Assembly (NCBI GenBank): GCA_963764725.1
Contig: CAVXTM010000002.1
Span: forward strand, 128,001 to 192,000
DNA: 64,000 bases
Reading direction: 5' to 3'
Source of the DNA: an uncultured Gammaproteobacteria bacterium
GTDB taxonomy: Bacteria; Pseudomonadota; Gammaproteobacteria; JACCXJ01
Under the pieces are notes generated by a model. The model was given only the letters and a program-made list of their open reading frames with translations. It searched no databases and was not told the origin of the DNA. Below, piece after piece: positions 19,358 through 28,346 of the stretch; within the stretch, counting starts at the first letter, position 1, and each line of letters starts with the position of its first letter. The position numbers and the translations under genes were made by a program.

Positions 19358-22051
19358 ATGAACCGCCACGTCAACGCCATCGCCGGGCGTCTGAGCCTGC
19401 GCCCGCCTCAGCGGCGCTCGCTGGAGATTCTTGATCGGATCACGGAGATCGTGCCGCCGAGAAGAGGCGCCGACGTTCAGGCCGCGCTGGACGCAGTCCG
19501 CAGCGAGTTCCCGACCGTTACGGAGTTTGAGCGTGATTTTCCGTCGCTCTGCTTTGCGTTGGCGACGGGCGTCGGCAAGACGCGGCTCATGGGTGCGTTC
19601 ATCAGCTATCTGCATCTGGCGCACCGCATCAACAATTTCTTTGTGATGGCGCCCAACCTGACGATCTACAACAAGCTGATTACGGACTTCACGCCCAACA
19701 CACCCAAGTATGTGTTCAAGGGCGTTGCCGAACTTTCAGTGAACCCGCCGACAGTGATTACCGGCGACAACTATGACCAGCGCGACCCGGCCAGCGGGAT
19801 GCTGTTCGGCGGTGTGCGCATCAACATTTTCAACATCTCCAAGATCAACTCCGAAGTGCGTGGGGGCAAGGCGCCTCGTATCAAGCGACTGTCCGAATAC
19901 ATCGGCGAGAGTTACTTCGACTATCTGGCGGGTCTGCCCGATCTGGTGCTGATCATGGATGAGTCGCACCGCTATCGGGCTTCGGCCGGTGTGCGGGCGA
20001 TCAACGAACTAAAGCCAATCCTGGGTCTGGAACTGACGGCCACGCCATTCACAGAAGGTGTCCGCGGCGCGGTGCCGTTCAAGAACGTCATCTTCGACTA
20101 TCCGCTCGGCAAGGCGATGGCGGATGGCTTTGTTAAGGAGCCCGCGGTGGTCACGCAGAAGAACTTTGATCCGCGGCAGTTCTCTGCGGAGCGGCTGGAG
20201 CAGATCAAGCTTGAAGACGGCATCAGGCTGCACGAAAGCGTAAAAGTAGAGTTGGAAACCTATGCCCGGCAGAACGACCAGCCCATCGTGAAACCTTTCG
20301 TACTCGTCATCGCCCGCGACACGACACACGCCGGCCAATTGCTGCAACTGATCCAGTCAGACAAGTTTTTTGAGGGCCGCTACCGGGCAAAGGTCATCCA
20401 GGTGGATTCCAGCAAGACCGGCGCGGAAGAAGATGAGATGATCCAGCGGCTATTAGCCATCGAGAAGACCGAAGAGCCGACGGAGGTTGTGATTCACGTC
20501 AACATGCTCAAAGAAGGCTGGGACGTGACCAACCTCTACACGATTGTCCCGCTGCGCGCGGCGAATGCGCGCACTCTCATCGAGCAGTCCATCGGCCGCG
20601 GCCTGCGCCTGCCCTATGGGCAGAAAACGGGGGTGAATGCGGTTGATCGCCTCAACATCGTGGCCCACGACAGGTTCCAGGAAATCATTGATGAAGCCAG
20701 CAGGCCGGGCTCGGTGATCCATCTGCAGAAGGTGATCCTGGATCCGACCAGTGATTTGCAGAAGACGGTCACGGTGGTGGCACAGTCCAATGTCCTGCAC
20801 CAGATCGGCAAACCCGCCGAAGCGGGCGCAACCCCGGCCCCGGGCGCGAAGACGCCTGCGCCAGTGTTCAAGACCGAGGCCGAGCAACAGGTCGCGCAAA
20901 TCACCTATGAGGTGATCAAGCGGCACGAGTCGTTGCCGGGTTCTGCGGCGCTGCTCAAGCGCGACGTGCAGGCCGCGATGATTAGGGAGGTGGCGGCGGC
21001 CTACAAGCCGGTGCAACAGGAGCTGGAAGGCATTTCCAAGCCGCCGGACATAAAGGGCATCGTTGCCAGGACCACGGAGCTTGTTGTCGGACAGACCATT
21101 GATATTCCCCGCATCCTTGTGGTGCCGAAAGGCGAGGTGACGGTCGGCTTCAAGCCGTTCAAGCTCGATCTATCAGGGATCAACTATCAACCCGTCACGC
21201 GGGACCTGCTGATCCAGCACCTGCGAACGCGCCAGCAGGACACGTTGAGTGCACTTAACGCTCAGTACCGTGAGCAGCGCTTGGAGGACTACATCGTCCG
21301 CGCACTGGTGGACTTCGACGATATCTCTTACGACGATCACGCAGAGCTTCTTTATGACCTTGCCGGTCAGGTTACGCGACACTTGCAGGGATATCTCTCC
21401 GAAGACGACACCCGCAACGTGCTGCAGTACCACGAGCGGCAGATTTCCGAATTCATCCACGCGCAAATGCAGCCGCACTATTGGGAAAAGGCTGCGGGCT
21501 ACGAGGTGGTCGTTACAAAGGGATTCACGACCCTGAAACCCTCCGCGTTCACGGCGGTCGCTGCGGACAAGGTCCAGGACGTGCATCAGGCCGTCGCAGA
21601 CAAGGGCAAGATCGGCCAGCTCGTCTTTGGCGGGTTCAACCGGTGTCTCTATCCTTTCCAAAAATTTCATTCCGACGCTGAGCGCAAGATGGCGATCATC
21701 CTGGAACGGGAAGCGCTGAAGTGGTTCAAGCCCGCAAAGGGCCAGTTCCAGCTCTTCTACAAATTGGGCGCCAGGCAGAACGAGTACCAGCCCGACTTTG
21801 TCGCGGAGACAAAGGACGAGATCTTCATGCTAGAACCCAAAGCTAAGAACGAACTGACCAGCGATGAGGTTTTGGCGAAGAAGGCCGCCGCCCTGCGCTG
21901 GTGCGAACTTGCAACCGCGCACAGCAAAGAGAATGGTTGCATAAATTTGGGGTTAAGCGGTGGGAAATGGCGTCGGACACAGGGTTTCAGTGAGTTTTGT
22001 GCTTTTCGCTGGATCTCACTGCTGGTGAAATCCAGCCCGTCAGAAAGATAG
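19358..22051 (+). CDS. Type III restriction enzyme Res subunit; native C-terminus apparently replaced from ~21945 by IS1380 sequence
   Basis: LATGVGKT, DESH, LTATP, MLKEGWDV, EQSIGRGLR, YQPDFVAET...EPK. Confidence 0.88.
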   Translation: MNRHVNAIAGRLSLRPPQRRSLEILDRITEIVPPRRGADVQAALDAVRSEFPTVTEFERDFPSLCFALATGVGKTRLMGAFISYLHLAHRINNFFVMAPNLTIYNKLITDFTPNTPKYVFKGVAELSVNPPTVITGDNYDQRDPASGMLFGGVRINIFNISKINSEVRGGKAPRIKRLSEYIGESYFDYLAGLPDLVLIMDESHRYRASAGVRAINELKPILGLELTATPFTEGVRGAVPFKNVIFDYPLGKAMADGFVKEPAVVTQKNFDPRQFSAERLEQIKLEDGIRLHESVKVELETYARQNDQPIVKPFVLVIARDTTHAGQLLQLIQSDKFFEGRYRAKVIQVDSSKTGAEEDEMIQRLLAIEKTEEPTEVVIHVNMLKEGWDVTNLYTIVPLRAANARTLIEQSIGRGLRLPYGQKTGVNAVDRLNIVAHDRFQEIIDEASRPGSVIHLQKVILDPTSDLQKTVTVVAQSNVLHQIGKPAEAGATPAPGAKTPAPVFKTEAEQQVAQITYEVIKRHESLPGSAALLKRDVQAAMIREVAAAYKPVQQELEGISKPPDIKGIVARTTELVVGQTIDIPRILVVPKGEVTVGFKPFKLDLSGINYQPVTRDLLIQHLRTRQQDTLSALNAQYREQRLEDYIVRALVDFDDISYDDHAELLYDLAGQVTRHLQGYLSEDDTRNVLQYHERQISEFIHAQMQPHYWEKAAGYEVVVTKGFTTLKPSAFTAVAADKVQDVHQAVADKGKIGQLVFGGFNRCLYPFQKFHSDAERKMAIILEREALKWFKPAKGQFQLFYKLGARQNEYQPDFVAETKDEIFMLEPKAKNELTSDEVLAKKAAALRWCELATAHSKENGCINLGLSGGKWRRTQGFSEFCAFRWISLLVKSSPSER

Positions 22052-23487
22052 CTGATCTTATGGCCAGGATAATAGAAGAAGCGGCCTACGCTTTGCGGTA
22101 TAATGTGTTTGCCAAAACAACAACATCCGCGAAGGAGACCGCTTATATGAAGTGTAGCAGAGCCGAGGTTCACTGCAAGACTCGCAGCCTTCCGGTGCTG
22201 CGGTTTGAGGACAGCCAACTGACCTCGTTCTCGGGCTTGGTCCTCATCCAAGAGCTCTTTGTCCGTCTGGAACTGAAGGAGCGGCTGCGGCGCTGTTTTA
22301 GCCATCTCACGGTCAGCCCCATCTTCGGCTATCCCACCCTGGTAGTGTGTTTGGTCGTGCACCTGCTTCTCGGATACCGGCAGTTGCGCGATAGGCGTTA
22401 CTACGCTGATGATCCGCTGGTGAAGCGGATCTTGGGCTTGCGCCGCTTGCCCGATGTCGCCACCGTGAGCCGTGCGTTGGCGGGGGCAGACCAAGAGAGT
22501 GTCAGGCGCCTGCAGGGGCTGCTTAGGGAGGGGGTCCTCGCACGACTAGCGGCACTTCGGCTTCCCCGGGTGACGCTCGACTTCGATGGCTCGGTGATTG
22601 GCACAGGACGCTGGGCCGAGGGGACGGCGGTGGGGTTTAACCGCAAGAAAAAGGGCCAGCGCAGTTATTACCCGCTCTTTTGCACCCTCGCCCAAACCGG
22701 GCAGGTGTTCGATGTGCTGCACCGATCCGGCAACGTCCATGACTCCCACGGTGCCCGGGACTTCATCCTCGCTTGTATCGCCACGGTACGGGCCGCCCTC
22801 CCTGGGGTCTGCATTGAGGTGCGCATGGACAGTGCGTTTTTCAGCGATGAAATCATCGCCAGCCTCGACGCCCAAGGGGTGGAGTATACGGTGAGCGTCC
22901 CCTTCGAGCGCTTCGCTGAACTCAAGCAACGCATCGAAGCGCGCCGCTGGTGGTGGCCGCTCGGGGCGGGGTGCGCCTACTTCGAAGCGCAGTGGAAACC
23001 TAAGGCCTGGAACGTTCGCCATCGTTTCCTCTTTATTCGCACGCGGGTAAAACAGCAATTCAAGGATCCCGTGCAACTCGATCTCTTCACTCCGCACCAA
23101 TTCGGCTATGAGTTTAAGGTTATCCTCAGCAATAAACGCCTCGGTGCCCGCAAGGTACTCGCCTTCCATAACGGCCGCGGAAGTCAGGAAGGCCTCTTCG
23201 CCGAGCTCAAATCCGACAATCAGCTCGACTACGTGCCCACCCGTACCTGGGTCGGTAACCAGATCTACCTGCTCTCGGTGCTCCTCGCCCACAACCTCGG
23301 CCGCGAGCTCCAGATGATCGTCCATCCGCCTTCGCGCACAACCCTGGAGAAACGACCCGCCCTGTGGAATTTCGCGCGCCTCGACACCCTGCGGCGTCGC
23401 CTCATCCAGCGCGCAGGCCGCTTGATCCGGCCGCAAGGACAGCTCACCCTGCGGCAAAGCGTGGGAGTACCTGCTGATTCCGCATGA
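21945..23487 (+). mobile_element. IS1380-family element; transposase 22147-23487, probably 3'-truncated; boundaries approximate
   Basis: LTSFSGL, TLDFDGS, SYYPLF, VRMDSAFF, FHNGRGSQEGLFAELK. Confidence 0.88.
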
Positions 23488-23535
23488 CGTGATTGCAGAC
23501 AACATGAGCTTACAGGCGCTTAGGAACCACAGCGC

Positions 23536-24081
23536 CTAGTCTTTCTCCGACATGGCCAAAGCCCCCGCATCCGAACGCCTGCTCATCCTGGCAAAGACGC
23601 ATCCGGCGCCGAGCACGAAGCACCGGGAAATCAGTTGGGTCGCGGCGGTAAATGGCGACCGCAAGCTCCGCCGTTTGTGATCCCGTTGCGCCAGACCTTC
23701 GTGTTCGTCGCGCCGGACAATGACCTCGTACAGCCGATTGAGCCGGTCATTGGCCTCATCGATGCGGTGAATCACGTCGACATGAATTGCATCGATGCGC
23801 TTATTCGTCTCATCGATGCGGTGTGAAAGATCGACATGAACGGCATCGATGCGCTTATTCGTCTCGTCGATACGGTGTATGAGATCGACATGAACGGCGT
23901 CGATGCGCTTATTCGTCTCGTCGATGCGGCGGCTTTGGTCGGCTAGGTGAACGTTGATGTCGTCCAGCCGCTTATTGGTGAGTTGCAGGATAGTTTTGAT
24001 TTCGGCATTTTCCGCCCGGATCTGCTTGAGCTCGGGTACCACGACGTCTTGAAAAAATCTCTGTAATACGCCCATCAGCAT
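23536..24081 (-). CDS. Coiled-coil protein with 18-aa tandem repeats; C-terminus probably replaced
   Basis: IDETNKRIDAVHVDL(I/S)HR-type unit, three copies (54-bp DNA repeats at ~23755-23930). Confidence 0.7.
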   Translation of the reverse strand: MLMGVLQRFFQDVVVPELKQIRAENAEIKTILQLTNKRLDDINVHLADQSRRIDETNKRIDAVHVDLIHRIDETNKRIDAVHVDLSHRIDETNKRIDAIHVDVIHRIDEANDRLNRLYEVIVRRDEHEGLAQRDHKRRSLRSPFTAATQLISRCFVLGAGCVFARMSRRSDAGALAMSEKD

Positions 24082-24251
24082 AGGGATCTCCGTGCAGCTT
24101 TCGATGCGTGACTAAGAGTAAAATCTAGCTTTCAACGAGTCGGCGCCGGAGATGTAGGGTGAGTATGCTGGCCGCAACTCACCGACTCGGCCCGCGTAGC
24201 TAGCCTCCTTTTCAAGCTCTACTCCAAGGTGTCGGCCTGCGCCGACGGGTT

Positions 24252-24291
24252 GGTGGGTTACGCCGCGAACAGCGCGGTTAACCCACCCTAC
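24252..24291 (-). repeat. GTAG-type REP palindrome
   Basis: Minus strand GTAGGGTGGGTTAACCGCGC...GCGTAACCCACC. Confidence 0.7.
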
Positions 24292-24529
24292 ATTGAAGTC
24301 ATAGGGCGAGCGGGCGTGCGAGTCTGTTGAGGTCGTTTTGTTCAGCATTCAAGACGTTCGTATCTAGCATTCAACGAGTCGGCGCGGGAGACGTGTAGCG
24401 GCGAAGGCCAGCACTGCAAGTATATCTTTCCGCTTCAGATCTGCGCAACAGGCTATCTCCGGAGAATTAAACGCCGCGATTCGATGTTACCACACCCCGC
24501 TCCCTGCTGGACCAGCCGCGAATCGCCGA

Positions 24530-24775
24530 TCACACGTCGCCTGAGGTCGATCGGATCTCATCGATCAGCTTCAAGGATCCCGGATCACCGGGTTGCGATG
24601 TTCCCAGCAACCACGCCATGATGTCCTGGTCCGCTTGGTCGAGCAGCTCGGCGAAGCGAAGTTGATCGGCTTCGGCAAGCTGGTGGTAGCGGCGATCGAG
24701 AAATCTTTCAAGGATGATATCGAGCTCGCGCATCCCGCGCCGGCAACGCCATCGGAGCCGGTCGATCGAAGTCAT
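24530..24775 (-). CDS. sdhE: SdhE (FAD assembly factor)
   Basis: MTSIDRLRWRCRRGMRELDIILERF; directly downstream of sdhB. Confidence 0.92.
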   Translation of the reverse strand: MTSIDRLRWRCRRGMRELDIILERFLDRRYHQLAEADQLRFAELLDQADQDIMAWLLGTSQPGDPGSLKLIDEIRSTSGDV

Positions 24776-24789
24776 GAGCTTAACGGGTC

Positions 24790-25569
24790 TCACAGCGCTC
24801 GCGTTAGCAGCAATTTCTTGATCTCCCCGATCGCCTTCGCCGGGTTGAGGCCCTTGGGGCAGGCCTTGGTGCAATTCATGATCGTATGGCAGCGGTACAG
24901 GCGATACGAATCTTCGAGCGCGTCGAGGCGCTCGCCCGTATTCTCGTCGCGGCTGTCGACGATCCAGCGGTAGGCCTGAAGCAGAATAGCAGGTCCGAGA
25001 AAGCGATCACCGTTCCACCAGTAACTCGGACAACCCGTCGAGCAACAGGCGCAGAGAATACATTCATACAGCCCGTCAAGTTGGGCGCGGTCTTCCTTGG
25101 TTTGCAAACGCTCGCGGGCGGGCGCCGGTGTGTCCGCCTGTAACCAGGGTTTGATCGAGGCATATTGGGCATAAAAATGCGTCAGATCGGGCACCAGATC
25201 CTTGATCACCGGCAGGTGCGGCAGGGGGTAGACGGAAACCTCCATCTCGGCGTCATCGATGGCCTTGGTGCACGCTAAGGTATTGGATCCATCGATATTC
25301 ATCGCACACGAGCCACACACGCCCTCGCGGCAGGAGCGCCGGAAAGTCAAGGTGGCATCGAGCTCATTTTTTATGTAGATAAGTGCATCCAGCACCATCG
25401 GGCCGCAGCGGCTCAGATCGATATCGAAACTGTCCAATTGCGGCGGCTTACTGGCATCTGGATCATAGCGGTACACCTTAAAACGTTTGACCCGCCGAGC
25501 GCCCGCCGGCGCGGTCAAATGTTTTCCCCTCTCGATATTCTCAAACATTGGCAATTTCATGGCACGCAT
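24790..25569 (-). CDS. sdhB: Succinate dehydrogenase iron-sulfur subunit
   Basis: [36 protein letters not shown]. Confidence 0.97.
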   Translation of the reverse strand: MRAMKLPMFENIERGKHLTAPAGARRVKRFKVYRYDPDASKPPQLDSFDIDLSRCGPMVLDALIYIKNELDATLTFRRSCREGVCGSCAMNIDGSNTLACTKAIDDAEMEVSVYPLPHLPVIKDLVPDLTHFYAQYASIKPWLQADTPAPARERLQTKEDRAQLDGLYECILCACCSTGCPSYWWNGDRFLGPAILLQAYRWIVDSRDENTGERLDALEDSYRLYRCHTIMNCTKACPKGLNPAKAIGEIKKLLLTRAL

Positions 25570-25605
25570 CGCTGTCCCTCGCCAAGCAGGTTGTTGATAT
25601 CGTCA

Positions 25606-25658
25606 GAGGTTGTGAAAAAACCGTGGCGAGCGAGCGCAGCAGATTTTTTCACAAGCTC
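25606..25658. mobile_element. Short (53 bp) copy of the same MITE family, at the sdhA stop codon
   Basis: TCA-GAGGTTGTGAAAAAA...TTTTTTCACAAGCTC-TCA; shares GCGCAGCAGATT with the 16986 copy. Confidence 0.8.
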
Positions 25659-26320
25659 TCAGTACACGCGCGCCTTTGGCGGTATGACCTCGACTTCATC
25701 CGTGAGCGTACGCAGGTGTACCGGCCGGTAGTCGAAGCGCGCCTCGCCGCGTTCATCGAGCCAGGTCAACGTGTGCTTGAGCCAGTTCTCATCATCGCGT
25801 CGAGGATAATCCTCGCGCGCATGCGCGCCGCGGCTCTCGGTGCGGTTATGAGCCGCGCCTATACTCACCATCGCCTGTCCCAGCAAATTATCAAGCTCCA
25901 AGGTTTCCACTAGATCGGTGTTCCAGATGAGGGAACGATCCGATACCCGCACTTCGGAAAAGGACTCTCGGATGGATTTGAATTTGTGAATTCCCTCGCC
26001 GAGCAGCTCCGCGCTCCTAAAGACCGCTGCGTGGTTCTGCATCACGCGTTGCATGTCCAGCCTGATCTTCGCGGTCGGGCGCGATCCTTGCGCGTGACGC
26101 AGTCGATCGAAACGTGTCAGTACGGCTTCGGTGATTTCCTCGGGCAGCGGCTTGTGAGCCTGCCCGGGTTGGATATGGGCCGCGCAGTAGTTGGCCGCCG
26201 CGCGTCCGAACACGATGAGATCGAGCAGCGAATTGGACCCCAGCCGATTGGCGCCGTGGACGGAGACGCAAGCGCACTCGCCGATGGCCATGAGACCCGG
26301 CACGACCGCATCGGGATCGC
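25659..26320 (-). pseudogene. sdhA: sdhA flavoprotein subunit, 3' portion only
   Basis: GECACVSVHGANRLGSNSLLDL, ESRGAHARED; upstream sequence is IS-derived. Confidence 0.93.
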
Positions 26321-26419
26321 CTTCCATAACGGGCGGGGCAGTCAGGAGGGTATCTTCGCCGAGCTCAAATCCGACAACCAGCTCGACTATGTCCCCACGC
26401 GTACTTGGGTCGGCAATCT
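26317..26419 (+). mobile_element. ~100-bp internal IS1380 transposase fragment (diverged copy of 23159-23260)
   Basis: FHNGRGSQEGIFAELKSDNQLDYVPTRTWVGN. Confidence 0.88.
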
Positions 26420-26735
26420 TCGAGGACGATAAGCGCTGGTACCAGGTTTTTCACCTCCGCGACCAATGCTGCAATACCCGCTTCATCATTGCTAAAGCGT
26501 AGCGTGGTCCCAGAGGGGCGTATCGCCACATCCAACACGGCCTTAGACACATCGATACCGACGAACACTGCGGTTATTTCGTTCATGCCATTGCTCCGTT
26601 ACCCAACCTTGCAAAAATGCGGGCTCTTATGGGCCCAAGCAACTGTTCGGGTTGATTGAGAAAGGGACGTGGCGACGCACGCTCAGCGGCGGGATCATTG
26701 TCCCAAGGACGCACCGGTCTACCACGTCCATTACA
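26419..26735 (-). mobile_element. IS110-family remnant: transposase N-terminus (start 26586) plus upstream non-coding end
   Basis: VFVGIDVSKAVLDVA...IVLE (RuvC-like DEDD N-terminus). Confidence 0.82.
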
Positions 26736-26768
26736 ACACTTTGGCTCAAATAATTGACTGAAACCAAC

Positions 26769-26813
26769 GTTGTGGATATGTGGAATCTTCCCTGATACCC
26801 ACATATCCACAAC
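26769..26813. repeat. Perfect 15-bp inverted repeat hairpin
   Basis: GTTGTGGATATGTGG ... CCACATATCCACAAC. Confidence 0.85.
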
Positions 26814-26859
26814 CCAACAACAGAATAAATATCCATAGAAAAGAAAGATACAAGGATGC

Positions 26860-28311
26860 AGCGATGAAGGGCGAAGGCTATCAAGTGAAGAGCAGCGGGA
26901 ATGCATCTGACAACCGACCCGAGTCGGCCGTGACGAAGTCACGGGATGAACCTGCGGCTGGAGAACGGGATATGCCCGAGTCGATTCCAAACTCCGCGTT
27001 GCTCGAACGCGTGTTAGAACGCGCGAACCTGCAACGTGCCCTCAAACAGTCAGAAGTAACCAAGGCGCGCCAGGCATCGATGGGATGACTGTCGAGGAGC
27101 TTCCGGACTATCTCCGACATCATTGGAGGGATATTCGCGCGCAACTGGTGGCAGGCACGTATCGCCCGCAACCGGTACGGCGTGTGGAAATCCCGAAGCC
27201 CGATGGACGCAAGCGTTTGCTCGGCATACCGACGGTGTTGGATCGCTTCATCCAACAAGCCATTGCGCAAGTCGTACAGGCGCAATGGGAACCGCACTTC
27301 CACCCCTGGAGCTACGGATTTCGCCCGCAACGCTCGGCCCACCAGGCCGTGCGGCAACTGCAGGCGGACATTCGCGAAGGTTACCGCTGGGTGGTGGATC
27401 TCGACTTGGAGGCGTTCTTTGACCGAGTTAATCACGATCGGTTGGTTGCGCGGCTCAAACGATCCGACCATTCGCTACTCCGCCTGGTCAACCGCTATCT
27501 CAAGGCGGGGGTTCGCGTAGGCAGCCGTACGGAAGCGACGACGAGGGGGGTTCCCCAAGGCGGTCCGCTTTCGCCCGTGCTTGCCAACGTGGTGTTGGAT
27601 GAACTCGACTGGGAGCTTACCCGGCGCGGCCACCGCTTTGCCCGCTATGCCGATGACTGCAACATTGTGGTCAAGAGCGAACGGGCAGGTAAGCGGGTGA
27701 TGGCAAGTGTGACACGCTTTATCGAAGAATCGCTGCGGCTCACAGTGAATACGAGAAAGAGCGCGGTGGATCGCCCGTGGAAGCGCAGCTTCCTGGGCTT
27801 CACGGTCAGTCGCAACGAGGTCCGGCTCAAGGTGGCGGAGAAAGCCATCGACAAGCTCAAGGCCGAGGTGCGCGAACTGACCCGTCGTACACGAGGCTAC
27901 CGTTTGGTGGATGTTGTGGCAGAGCTGAGAGAATACCCTGCTTGGTTGGAAAGCGTACTTCGGCGTCGCCGAGGTGCTGAGCCCTCTGCGCGATGTCGAC
28001 AAATGGATACGACGCAAGTTACGCTGCTATCAATGGAAGCAATGGGGACGAGCGGGCTATCGGGAACTGCGACGACGCGGTGTCACCGTGCGCGAAGCAT
28101 GGAACCTGAGCAAGTCGGCGCATGGACCGTGGCGCCTCTCCAAGACCCCGGCGCTCACGCTGGCTCTGCCGGCGCGGTACTTCAGCGGTTTGGGACTGCC
28201 GAGTCTGGCAGCGAGCTAGGAATATGTTTCATCGAACCGCCGTGTACGTGATCCGTATGCCCGGTGGTGTAGGAGGGGCGGGGGGCCGCGAGGCCTCCCC
28301 CTATCCCTGAT
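26860..28311 (+). mobile_element. ltrA: Group II intron (class C-like), 5'-truncated; RT/maturase 26971-28219 has two frameshifts
   Basis: LGIPTVLDR, SYGFRP, GVPQGGPLSP, RYADD; no endonuclease domain; DV/DVI GAACCGCCGTGTACG...CCTATCCCTGAT at 28234-28311; frameshifts near 27048 and 27935. Confidence 0.9.
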
Positions 28312-28346
28312 TAGTCGCGTCCGTTTCCGTTAATGTCAAATGCATA

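Noticed and set aside
22546-23505. 319-aa minus-strand ORF and other long antisense ORFs over metH, nrdJ and dnaK
   Set aside because: Shadow ORFs expected from high-GC codon bias opposite well-supported genes.
26971-28219. RT as a retron, DGR or defence RT
   Set aside because: Followed directly by group II intron DV/DVI and has a maturase-type C-terminus; no msr/msd or TR/VR pair found. The recB and sdh duplicates do not show adenine-specific changes.
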